Below are positions 28,038 through 41,320 of a DNA stretch of 64,000 nucleotides, piece after piece. Location: the NCBI RefSeq assembly GCF_006345805.1, contig NC_043012.1, positions 54,312,001-54,376,000 of the forward strand, written 5' to 3'. The position numbers and the translations under genes are program-made. How positions within the stretch are numbered: position 1 is the first letter of the stretch; the number at the start of each line of letters is the position of its first letter. The notes below the pieces were generated by a model. It was not told the origin of the DNA, made no database searches, and was given only the letters and a program-made list of their open reading frames with translations. This DNA comes from Octopus sinensis (lineage: Eukaryota).

Positions 28038-28810
28038 TAAATGTTCAAAAATGCATGTATAATGCTGTATAATACAGGCTGTTAATCTTTATGATGTATG
28101 TATATGTGCGCGTGTTTGTATGTATGTATTAGAAAGAGAGGACGAACAAGTAAAACATGGCGTATTACTTTAGAGTGTATGATTTACTATTCAAACATAA
28201 TTTCAGGGTTGTTAGAGTAAATACTCTACTATTATGCTATTTTCTTTTACTAGGGATTTCCTTAATTCTTCGATGAACTGACAACTACTAATATCCATTC
28301 TCAAGGATGTTACTTAATTTGTTCTCTCCGAAGACGGTATAGTTGGCTTACATGGAAATCTTTGTTCAGTAATATATGTTCCACATGCACAGCTATTCTA
28401 GAAACGGCTGTAACGGACTTTACGCATTATTTCTTAATCCCTTCTTTACTCTAACAACACTGCAATTTTGTTTGAATCATAAAACATATACTCTAAAGTG
28501 ATACTATATGTTTTACTTGATCATCCTCTCATTTTAATACATACATACATACATACATACATACATACATACATACATACATACGTACGTACGTACATAC
28601 ATACATACATACATACGTACATACATACATATATACATACATACATACATACATACATACATACATACATACATACATACATACATACATACGTACATAT
28701 ATACATACATACATACATACATGCATGCATGCATCTATACACACACACATAACATCATAAAAATTAACAGTCCGTATTATACAGCATCATACATACAATT
28801 TTAACATTTA
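28038..28810. mobile_element. Foldback/long-TIR element (arms ~28038-28222 and ~28444-28810)
   Basis: Diverged reverse-complementary arms; the right arm carries a (CATA)n expansion. Confidence 0.7.
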
Positions 28811-29348
28811 AATAAATTTATATATATATATATATATTGATATTTATATATATATATACATATATATACATAGACACCACATACATACATACAAACGCAC
28901 ATATATGTGTGTGTCTGTATGTATGTATGTATGTATGTATGTATGTATGTATGTACGTATGCATGTATGTATACTCTGCATCCCCACCCTTCTAAGTATT
29001 TGTACCTCACCCCTGCACAAAATTCATGGACTACCTCATTCCAGCTATGATTATATCTGTGTAAAATGATGCGAAGACTGCCAGAGATGCTCCATGAAGG
29101 ATGATGCAAAGTGGAAGCCATTTTGCATCCAGTATTCTACGGATTCTATAATTTCCATCGGAAATTCCGGTCAGCTGCTGTTATTTTAACAGCGCTCGTG
29201 TACAGCTGTCCATCCATTGTGCAAGGGTTAAACAAAGAATATTTAATACCAGTAATATATAATTATGTCAACAATCGAGTTTCGAGGATTCAAAAATGGT
29301 TTCGAAACTAGTGTGAAGAAAGTATTATTATTATCATTATTATTATTA

Positions 29349-29386
<38 letters not shown>

Positions 29387-29941
29387 GAGTGAGAGAGCAG
29401 TTCATGCCATCAAAGTGACACTGGGGTAAAATATACGAAGCCCAATATATCCATCATGACTACCCGTCTGATAAGGGTACACCAGGCACATGCATCACAA
29501 CCATATGTGCGCGACATGGTGATCTCATATCAAGATAAACAGCACATGACCTTGCAGGTGGGGCCCATTTAGAAATCTCTTCAGGTTGAGTAGCCCATCC
29601 TGCTCAAAAGGTCCCTGAATAAGGGTTGTTTAAGGATGTTGAACGAAACACCCATGTTTCCAGAGGTGAATTATTCAAACCCCAAAGAATCCCTCTCAAC
29701 ACATGGCTATGATGCTCCCCCACTACTTCTGCTCGTGATCAAAGATGCATATATCATCAGCCACTAAGGGACATGCTCAACTGGTTAAGGTCAAACAACT
29801 GGCAAGCAAATCTGTGGTATTGAGCAGAATATTTGCTGTAGCCCATCTTTTATACCAAGACAAAACAATGTACATGATAACACTTCCAATCAGTTAAGAT
29901 CAGAAGCCACGAGAGCCACTGCCTGGTACTGCATCAGGGCA
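29387..29941. mobile_element. 555-bp non-autonomous element inserted in (ATT/TAA)n
   Basis: Precise ends gagtgagagagc...catcagggca, (ATT)n on both sides; near-identical copies at 53243 and 53926. Confidence 0.85.
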
Positions 29942-30011
<70 letters not shown>

Positions 30012-30027
30012 CATTATTATCATTATT

Positions 30028-30071
<44 letters not shown>

Positions 30072-30544
30072 CATCATTATTATTATTATTTTGTTAGTGG
30101 TTGTGGTGGTGGGCGTCGTCGTGACGTTGTTAAAATTCTCTCATAAAATAATATGAAACTGTTGTTTTTCATGTTAATCCGTGTATACACAAACACACAC
30201 ACACACACATATATTTATATATATGTACGTATATATATATATATATGTCTGTATATGCATATATAGATATAGATATAGATATAGATATATATATACACAC
30301 ACATTTATATACGCATACGTATATACACATATGTATATGTATACATATAAGCATATATGAATATATATATATATATATATACTTATATATGTATATATAC
30401 ATATATATATATATACACGCATACACATACATATATACATACATACACCACACTTTACATACGTAAAATATAGTAAGTGTGATACTTGATATATATATTA
30501 TATATATATATTATAATATATATATACACACACATTCATTGTTA

Positions 30545-30622
<78 letters not shown>

Positions 30623-31475
30623 CGTATGATGCTTTACATTTCAATACTGAGAAAGAAATGTTTTCATAAATTTATCTTACCATTTCTTTTGTTCCTTTTA
30701 TGTTCTTCGACAATCAAAGACATGAACTGAACGAAGAATAGAACAAAAAAAAAAACAAAACAAAAATAGATGATAAAAAGGATGCCGAAAAAAATATGGC
30801 TGCTCTATAAACGACAGAAGTGTGATCAATAAAAAAAATACACATATATATATACTCTATTAAAGAAAACTAATGTATTTCTTGAGTAAATGTATTGCCA
30901 AGTTCCCAACTTGTGCCGTTAAGTCAATCCTTCTGTTACGTTATATTTTATTAGTTTTCTTCAGTTATACTTCTCTATGCATGCTATGCCTCTAAAGCGC
31001 AGCGTGTCTTGGAGATAAGAATAAATAGCTATTTGGCAGCTTGTTCAATGAACCCTGCTAGGAGTAAGGCTTAAATAAATCTTAATGAAACTTCCTTCAG
31101 GTAGATCCTGAAAGTATTTTTTTTCCCAAGAGTTTGCCTCTTTTCCTCTCGTACAAGAATACCGATCGGCTGAATGAAACCAGCGTTACCGCATTCATTC
31201 GTGCATTCTGTGATTTCTTGGTCGTTGAGGGAGGCTCGATGCAATAACTTGCTCTTTGAAATATATCAACCAAATTTCCCCACAAATCACACCCTACCGT
31301 CTTAAAAATAGAAAAGAAAGCAGAATGTACTGAGTGATGTGATCCTAGAAACATATACGGCAGCCTATTAGCAGAATCGCTTGAGCGCACTGGCTCTGTG
31401 TTCAGATCCAGCTGACGTGGATTTTTGGCTTTCATCCTTTTAGGGTCTAAAGAAAATATCAGTCATGTACTGAGC

Positions 31476-31559
<84 letters not shown>

Positions 31560-31900
31560 TAATTTATATCTATGCGTCTGTGTGTGTCTGTGTGCGTCTT
31601 TATGTGTGTACATATTCCTTACGAGCGAAGTGGAGCGAAGGCGGATGGTTTCGTCGTTCAGGGTATTCAGCTCAGGATCGTAGGGTCGTGAGTTCGATTC
31701 CCAGTGACACGCTCTGTCCTTAAGCAAGACGCTTTATTTCATGTTATTCCAGTCCACTCAGCTGGCAAAAATGAGTTGTATCTGTAATTCAAAGGGTCAG
31801 CCTTGTCACATTCTGTATCACGCTAAATCTCCCTGCACGTGTAGGCTGTTCCGTTGACCGGATCAACTGAAAACTTCGTCGTCGTAATCGGCGGAATGCC

Positions 31901-31957
<57 letters not shown>

Positions 31958-32879
31958 TTTTATTATCATCATCATCATCATCATCATCATCATTATTATT
32001 ATTATAATTATCATCATCATCATCATCATCACCATCATCATTATTATTATTATAATTATCATCATCATCATCATCATCACCATCATCATTATTATTATTA
32101 TTAGCAAAAAAAAGACGAATGGTGCCTTGTCATCAAGTGAACGATATTTCGACATCTCGTGTGTCTTCTACAGGTTCAAAAAGTAAACTTGTCAATCTAC
32201 TTCATTTTTGGTTAATATATAAAGGATTGAGGTATCTTCTTCTGGAGGAGTTGATATTATTATTATTATTGCTGTTGTTGTTGTTGTTGCTATCATCATT
32301 ATCGACGGAGCGGTATTGGTTCACAGCAACAATCTTAACGTGGGTATACAATCGAAAGACACAAAAGCACATTATTCGTCTAAAAAAAAACCTTCTCATA
32401 TAGATGCGTAATGCTACAAAAAAGTACAGAAGTGTATCAGTAGCAGCCGAAAATTGTTCAACAGCGGTGATGGAATTGCGAGGTCATGATTTCTGCGTCA
32501 TTGCGCTTCATCAATAGCAACTACCCACCAACAACCATTTTCCTAGACAAATTTCGTTTCTACTGATGTTGAAAAACACCGACCAATCAGTTACGGATGC
32601 TGTAAATAGCTGGCGGGCAGGATACAAATTCGTTATTAGCGAGGAGGAGGAGGAGGAGGAGGAGATCATTCTGATACTTGCTCCTTGTATACGTATATGG
32701 TGGTAGTAGTATTGTTGATGCTGTTCTTGATATTGCTTTCGTTATCATCCCTGATCAAAAGCATTCCAACCGTGACCATCTCGGATATTTTTCTTGCATC
32801 CAAGTAATGCAGTACCACGAGCGAACCATTATCACCGTCACTATCATGCTCAACGTCATGAGAATCATCATTGAGGATT

Positions 32880-32953
32880 ATCACCATCGTCGTCGTTGTC
32901 GTCTTCATGATCATGAACAACAATATCATCATCATCATCATCATTATCATCAC

Positions 32954-32985
<32 letters not shown>

Positions 32986-33345
32986 CCATCATCATCATCA
33001 TTATCAACATCATCATCATCATCATCATCATCATCGTCGTCATCATCAACAACAGCAACAACAACAACATCATCATCATCATCATCATTACCATCATTAT
33101 CATCATCACCATCATCATCATCAACAACAGCAACAACAACATCATCATCATCATCATCATCATCATTACCATCATTATCATCATCGCCGTCATCATCATC
33201 ACCACAGCCATTACCATCATCATTACTGTCATCGTTACTGTCATCAGCATCATCATCATCATCATCATCATTATCATCACCATCATCATCATCACCATCA
33301 TCATCATCATTATCAACATCATCATCATCATCATCATCATCGTCG

Positions 33346-33378
<33 letters not shown>

Positions 33379-33760
33379 ACAACAGCAACAACAACATCAT
33401 CATCATCATCATCATCATTACCATCATTATCATCATCGCCGTCATCATCATCACCACAGCCATTACCATCATCATTACTGTCATCGTTACTGTCATCAGC
33501 ATCATCATCATCATCATCATCATTATCATCACCATCATCATCATCACCATCATCATCATCATTATCAACATCATCATCATCATCATCGTCATCGTCGTCA
33601 TCATCATCATCATCATCATCATCATCAACAGCAACAACAACATCATCATCATCATCATCATCATTACCATCATTATCATCATCGCCGTCATCATCATCAC
33701 CACAGCCATTACCATCATCATTACTGTCATCGTTACTGTCATCATCATCATCATCATCAT

Positions 33761-33807
<47 letters not shown>

Positions 33808-33853
33808 ACAACATCATTGTCATCATCATCATCATCAACAACAACAACTACAA
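32880..33853. repeat. (CAT)n-based compound microsatellite with ~250-bp higher-order period
   Basis: Block cgccgtcatcatcatcaccacagccattaccatcatcattactgtcatcgttactg recurs three times. Confidence 0.9.
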
Positions 33854-34082
33854 CGTCGGTAATCGTTGGCATCGTCTTTTTTTTCTCATTACTTCTTATC
33901 TTTCATTGCAATCATCTAATAATTCACTGGGGTAACATTAGTACTGCAAGCTACCAGCAACAAAAACAACAACAACAATAACTGCAACAACAACAGCAAC
34001 ATCAAATGTAACAACAAACATCTCTCCCCCACCCCATATATCTTTAATCACCGCTGCTCTCATCCCCGCTGTCAACGTTCTT

Positions 34083-34189
<107 letters not shown>

Positions 34190-34190
34190 C

Positions 34191-34239
<49 letters not shown>

Positions 34240-34246
34240 CCATCAC

Positions 34247-34310
<64 letters not shown>

Positions 34311-34599
34311 TTCCTCCTCCTCATCATCATCACCACCATTACCGCCATCATCATCATCATTATCTTCTTTTTCTTCTTCATCATCATCATCATCAGCAGC
34401 AGCAGCAGCACCGTGGTCGATGTCATCTTTAATTTCTCCATTTAACAGTAAGTTAGAGCAGCTGTAAATGTTAAAATATCTAGGTAAGATAATATACAAT
34501 TATTTGAACACTGTGAATAGTTCTAATTAACCACACTCTCATACTGACAGTATTTTTTCTCTGTCTCTCTCTGTATGTATATATATATATTATATATAT

Positions 34600-34667
<68 letters not shown>

Positions 34668-34670
34668 CAC

Positions 34671-34701
<31 letters not shown>

Positions 34702-34751
34702 TGTATGTACGTATGTATATATGGATGAATGTAAGTATGTATGTATGTATA

Positions 34752-34792
<41 letters not shown>

Positions 34793-35671
34793 CTCTCTCA
34801 CACCTAGTTAAGATATCAGCCTTACAACTTCCTCACTGCTGTTCTTATATTTAACTATACACTCGGCACTGCCAATATTATTAACGAACGAATCAACTCG
34901 TTCATTCTCTCTCGCTCTCTCTTTCTTTCTTTCTCTAATATACATATATATGTATTATGTGTGTGTAAATACACACACACACACACACACACACGCACAT
35001 ATATATATATATATATATATAAACACATACAAAAGCAGAGGTTATGCTTGGAACGCCTTAAAGCATAGGTCTATCTACAGATATTTAACGTTACACATAA
35101 CAAAATATATTGCACTTTAGAAGGTTAACGACCTGACACTGACATTATTAGAAACAACAGTTCCCAACGCAGCTGTGTTATGAATAAGCACACGTACAGG
35201 AAAGTGATATCGATATAGTTAATAAGCATGTTCTGTATAATTATGTTGGTTGTGGCTAGTTTCCATGCATGTGAACCGAAATTGAATATAAAATGTAAAC
35301 AGGTAAATGTTTAAAAGAATATAACACACTCTAGATGATGAGGTATGGTGTTCTCTTTTCGTGACTGTGATTTTTGTTCACGTGAACAAAATACAGGAAG
35401 ATGCTTGATAAGAGTATATTTAACCCCCGAGATGGCAGAGCTGTTAGAGCATTGGATGAAATGCTTTAAAAAATATATCTAGTAGCGACAGAGGCTGTAT
35501 TAACGCCAAAACGTAATATTTATCCCCACTTAAACGTAGATGGTTTTTAGAACAAGCTATACTGCGGTCGTTATCTCGAGAGAAAATCTCATATCGGCTT
35601 CTGGTGAAAAATGCATTTTTTCTTTATATCACTAGCGGGGAGACAAATCCCCGTAACCCACTGCGCAGAGA

Positions 35672-35718
35672 CGACCAGGTTATGTGATTTCGACCGTCTT
35701 TGGTCTTGTCAATGATGG
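35672..35718 (-). ncRNA. U3-A8 variant type I hammerhead, unit 1 (cleavage triplet mutated)
   Basis: CCAUCA-UUGACAA-GACC-aaagac-GGUC-GAAA-ucacauaa-cc-UGGUCG. Confidence 0.55.
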
Positions 35719-36014
35719 ACAGGCGAATAGTAGCGATTCATCTCACCGCCAGCGATATATAGAATAACAGTGCCAGAATAGCTGCTGGTGTCACGGTTGG
35801 CGAGTGAGCTTAGTGAAAAATATTTATTAGCGACAAAAGCAGTTTTAATGACCATAGGTAATATCTGTGTCTACTTAAATGTGGACAATTTGTTAGAACA
35901 AACTAAACTGCGATAGTTACCATGTGAGAAATTCATATCGGTTTTTGGTGAAAAATGCATTCTTGTTTGTATCGCTAGCGGGGAGATAAATCCCCGCTAC
36001 TTCTAGCGCAGAAA

Positions 36015-36061
36015 CCACCAGATCACATGATTTCGACCTTCTTTAGTATTGTCAATGATGG
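36015..36061 (-). ncRNA. U3-A8 variant type I hammerhead, unit 2
   Basis: CCAUCA-UUGACAA-uacu-aaagaa-GGUC-GAAA-UC-augu-GA-UC/UGGUGG. 6-bp stem I, AUC triplet, stem II partly decayed. Confidence 0.65.
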
Positions 36062-37139
36062 ACACTCGACTGCTAGTGGTAGCAGTGATTCTTCTCCCTG
36101 CCAGCGATATATAGAATAACAGTGCCTGAACAGGCACTGTTATATTATAATAAATATTTATTATCGACATGGGTAGTACTAATACCGATAGGTTTCGTTT
36201 ATCCCCACTTAAAAGTGGATACTTTGTTAGGACGAACTATACTGCTTCAAAGTATATATTCATTCTGGTACCTTGCGATTCCAGCTCAAATCTCACCGAT
36301 CTCAACTTTGCTTTGCATCCTTCTGGGACCGATAAAAGAAAAGTTTGTTTCTAGCTTCGGACAAAATGCTTTGCTGTTTTTTATTCCGGATCCTTACACT
36401 CTGAGTTCAAATCCCACCGACATCAACTTTACCTCTCATCCTTCTGAGGCTGATAAAAAAAAAATTTCCAAGTCTAAGCAGCAATGGACCAGAGGAATCG
36501 CAAGAGCATCAAACGGGATGCATTGCTGATTTTGTTCCGAATCCTTACATTCTGAGTTCCAACCTACAAATTGCGTTGATGTAGACATAGATGTAACCCC
36601 CTCACACCCAGTTTAACACCAGCCCTAAAACACTGAGTGCAATTTTGTACAGAGTCCAAGATGGTTGCTTGCATTCGTGACAGGCTGCCTGTTTGAAAAT
36701 ACCTTTCTCATTCATATCCACCCATACTAGAGAAGCCTTATAAGAAGTCACTAGCACTGGCCCTCTGATTTAGAGATAACAAAAGCTTAGTAGCACAAAT
36801 AGATTCTATAACCAAGTTTATTCATAGCCCATACTGAATTACTTTTGTTGTTATTCCTGCCTGACTGCGAACATTGTATTATTGTGTATTTCTGTTATGA
36901 TTGTCATTAATACTGTTTATATTTTTCTAAGTTAGCACTAAGCTTTTTTAATGTCAGCAACTTGAAAGACAAATATAATTGATCCCTTATGTGTATTTAA
37001 TGAAAGACGAGACTAATCGGTTTGATCATAATTTCAAGATGGCGAAAACCTTATAGTTTTTATCCACGGGATCTATTTTTACAGAGAGACTAACTCTGAA
37101 TATATATGTTAATTAAACACATTGTTTATGATATACACA

Positions 37140-37515
37140 AACTCACACACAGATATACACAAACATGCATATATGTGTATATGTGTGTATGCGTGAGTGT
37201 GTGTGTGTGTGTGTACAGACCTACCCTATATATATAAATATATATATATAAATCACACACACAACTACGTACGTACACGTATATATGCATACATATACAC
37301 ACATATATATGTATGAGCATATATATTTACTACGAATATATGTGTATATGTGTGTATGCGTGAGTGTGTGTGTGTGTGTACAGACCTACCCTATATATAT
37401 ATAAATATATATATAAATCACACACACAACTAGGTACGTACACGTATATATGCATACATATACACACATATATATGTATGAGCATATATATTTACTACGA
37501 ATATATGTGTATATG

Positions 37516-37561
<46 letters not shown>

Positions 37562-38052
37562 TGAGATATGTATAAATATTGTAGTATGTGTGTGTGTGTT
37601 TGTGTGTATCTCGTAGTTATACAATACACGTATGTGATTATGTATATATGCGTGTATGTCAGTACGTATGTATACATGACTGAATTAATATAGTTATATA
37701 AATGTGTATGTCATGTGTCTGTGTGTGTGCCTGTGTGTATTGTGTATATGTGTGTGTGCGCACACGCGCGCCTGTGTGTATGTTATCCAAATCTACGACG
37801 AAAATATCATAATAGACAAAGAGAAACAAAACGTTATTGTTAATTTTCAACACAATAACACATATATATATTTGTGTGTGTGCGTGTGTGTGTGTCTATG
37901 CATGTATGTATGTAGGTATCTATGTATGTGTGTATGTATATATGTGTGTATGTATATATGTATATACATATATATATACACATATATATACATATATATA
38001 TACATATATATATGTATATATATATGTATATATATATGTACATATGTATGCA

Positions 38053-38086
<34 letters not shown>

Positions 38087-38483
38087 CATATATGTATGGG
38101 CTTGTATGTATGTATGCATCTACATAGACAAATACAAACATACATTCATACATACATTCATATATACATACATACATTCATACATTCATACATACATTCA
38201 TACATACATACATTCATATATACATACATACATTCATACATTCATACATACATACATTCATATATACATACATACATTCATACATTCATACATACATTCG
38301 TACATACATACATTCATTAATATACACATACATACATACATACATACATACATACATACATGCATGCATGTATACATACATACATACATACATACATGCA
38401 TGCTTGCATACATACATACATACATACATACATGCATACATACATACATACATAATACATACATACATACATACATACATACA

Positions 38484-38514
<31 letters not shown>

Positions 38515-38815
38515 GTGCGTGCGTACGTACGTACATATATAGAGGGTCGAAATAAAGTAAGTACAATATTTGAAAACCAAAACAGAAAGAAGCAAAATAA
38601 CTAGAAATAAACAGAGTAGAAATAATAAAGCAAAACAGTAAAAATACATTTAAAATTTTTAGTTTTTGATTGATTTGTTAACAAAGAAAATTTCCTGTTA
38701 TCTCATTTTGCTTTACGTCCATCTCTTAGTTTGAAATGTCGCGTACGTCTACATATATATAAATACATACATACATACATACATACATACATACATACAT
38801 ACATACATACATACA

Positions 38816-38910
<95 letters not shown>
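37140..38910. repeat. Microsatellite mosaic (TA/TG/CATA) with a ~170-bp local duplication at 37170-37515
   Basis: Direct inspection. Confidence 0.9.
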
Positions 38911-38913
<3 letters not shown>

Positions 38914-39364
38914 CACACCCATACGATTTGTCTTATATATATATATAAGATAAATCGCATGGTTTATGCCTAGTAGCTCACCGGTAAAGCCCCGTTCGTT
39001 TTCACAGTGTTCGTTGGATATTTCATTAATGAGAGAGACGGAAGATGGAAGATACGAGAATGTTTATTAACCACTACAATTGTATCCTTTAATTTGCTGT
39101 TTTTATATATAGAAACTAGGAATATATCTTGCGGAACTGTCGTTATTTTAACGGGTTACATCTTGCAAGCTCCTAAAGAGACACATCTACGTCGTCGTAT
39201 ACTCCTAAATCAGTTGTTAAGTATCCCATCCGTAAAGGATCGATGCTAGATAGGTCGAAACAATGGAAGAGTTTAATGATCATTCTCGTACCTTCTATCT
39301 TTCGTCTCTCTCATTGATCAAACATATATATATATCAAAATAAGCAACAGGATAGCAAGTAGTG

Positions 39365-39452
39365 ATGCAGTACGACCGTTTCAATCGGCTCCATTTAATT
39401 GAACAATGTGATCATTACATCAATTTAAATGCAGTGCCATCTTCACCTGCAC
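39365..39452 (-). ncRNA. Degenerate PLE-type hammerhead
   Basis: GUGCAG-gUGAAGA-uGGC...GCCgauu-GAAA-C-GGUC-G-UA/CUGCAU. Stem I is intact but C3 is mutated; (TA)n lies on the left. Confidence 0.45.
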
Positions 39453-39486
39453 ATATAAATTAATAGAATGGATAGATGGATAGTTG

Positions 39487-39536
<50 letters not shown>

Positions 39537-39864
39537 TAGATAGGTAGGTAGGTAGGTAGGTAGGTAGGTAGGTAGGTAGGTAGTAGATAGGTAGGTTGGT
39601 AGGTGTGTATGTTTATTTGCAGCTTTCCCCTTCCTTGCCTGAGGTTATTAATTCCTAAAATAAGTATAATCATACAAATTCTTTATATTTTGAATAAATT
39701 GCAATAAATTTCATTAAGAAAAAAAACATGCTGATAGTCTTCGGCTTGTCCAAGAACGTTGCTTCTCTCAAAGTTGTTACTTCCAATTAATTTAGATGGC
39801 TGCAATGATAGAACTTCATTAATATGTACCAAAAATAGAATAACTATACAAACAAATGTATATC

Positions 39865-40225
39865 CGTGACTGTGTAGTAAGTTTGCTTCCCAACCACATG
39901 GATCCGGGTTCAGTCTCACAGCGCGGCACCTTGGGCAAGTCTTTTCAACTATAGCCCCGGGCTGACCGAAGTCTTCTGAGTGGATACGATAAACGGAAAC
40001 TGAAAGATGCCTGTTGTATATATTCATATAACTGTGAGTGTTTGTGTCTGTGTTTGTCCCCTTGCTGTGTTTGCTTCCCCGTAACGTAGCAGTTCGGCAA
40101 AAGGAGCCCGATAGAATGAGCACCAGGTTTTTAAAATATAAATACTGGGGTGGATTCGTTCGACAAAACTTCTTCAATACGATACCCCAGCATGGCCGCA
40201 GTCTAATTACTGAAGCAAGATAAAC
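39865..40225 (+). mobile_element. SINE family A (diverged)
   Basis: Homology to family A. Confidence 0.8.
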
Positions 40226-40937
40226 GATAACCTAAAATAAAATTTCAGTCCTATATTCTCTTAATTTCTGATATAACATGTTTAATCTTTTCCAAATGTA
40301 ATAGTTTATATATGTAGCATATATTAATTATTTCTCTAATCAGTAATTTCCGATGTCAATTGCAGTACCTCTTGTATATAATTGCTTGTTTGTTTGTTTG
40401 GCAGGGAGGAGGGTTGGGGGTGGGGGTTTGCAGCTATTTTCTTTTGTTTTTGTTTTTGTTATTGTTTTTTATTTTTCATGGCCTAAAAGAGCAAATATTG
40501 AGGTCACAAAGTATATGAGGTTCTTCTCGAAGGATTGTGCCGCCGTGAATAATTTGAATAAGTTCACCTACATAGGTGCGAAACTGTGATTCAGCTGAAT
40601 AAAATTACTGTCGTTGTTTGTCCGCAACTTGCCCAGACAATTCCACGCAAGACATCCTCTTCTCCTCTTCCCTTTCTCTGCCAGACATCCCGATCAAGCA
40701 TGAATGTCTGGCGTGGGTTTTAGTCACACTGGTCTTTCGTTAGCAGAAATTTTTTATCTGCACACACGACACAGGTATCTATGAAAGCAGTTCATTAACT
40801 GAAGTGATTGATTCTGGCCATTGACAGTTTGTTGTCTGTCACGCATTCAACATCTAGTGATACTCGTCATTGACTTAATAAGTTTATCTGCCGAAATAGT
40901 TCACATCACCGTAATGTATCTCATGATTTCAACACAG

Positions 40938-41320
40938 GGGTAATATTTGTCCCTTCTTAAACGTGGATGTTCTGTTTGAACAAACTATACTGCGGCAGAT
41001 AACATAATAGAAACTCTCATATTAGCTTTTGATGCAAAATGTACTCGTGTTTATATCGCAAAATGTACTCTAGTTTATATTGAGCGGCCATCATTGACAA
41101 GACCAAGGAAGGTCGAAATCACGTGGTTTGGAGGATCACGTGATCTCGGCGCTGGAGAAAGAAGAAATTTATATAACAAGAATGCATTTTGCACAAAAAA
41201 ACAACGAGAGTTTCTCGCATGGTATCTACCTCAGTATAGTTTGTTCCAACAGAACACCCACGTTTAAATGGGGATAAATATTATCTAGGTATCAATACTG
41301 CCTCTGTCGCTAATATATAG
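40938..41320. repeat. Two partial copies of the 343-bp hammerhead repeat in inverted orientation
   Basis: 40938-41060 matches the 35.5-kb unit in the same orientation; 41085-41320 matches it in reverse complement. Confidence 0.75.
41088..41145 (+). ncRNA. U3-A8 variant type I hammerhead, third copy
   Basis: CCAUCA-UUGACAA-GACC-aaggaa-GGUC-GAAA-UCACGUG...; perfect stem II; palindromic AUCACGUGAU locally duplicated. Confidence 0.6.

Larger units (their letters stand above)
35480..36245 (-). repeat. ~343-bp tandem repeat (about 2.3 diverged units) with one hammerhead per full unit; retrozyme-like
   Basis: Shared blocks (tagcgaca, ccacttaaa, aactatactgc, ggtgaaaaatgcatt, aaatcccc, gatttcgacc, gtcaatgatggaca, ccagcgatatatagaataacagtgcc) recur at about 343-bp spacing. 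Confidence 0.85.
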
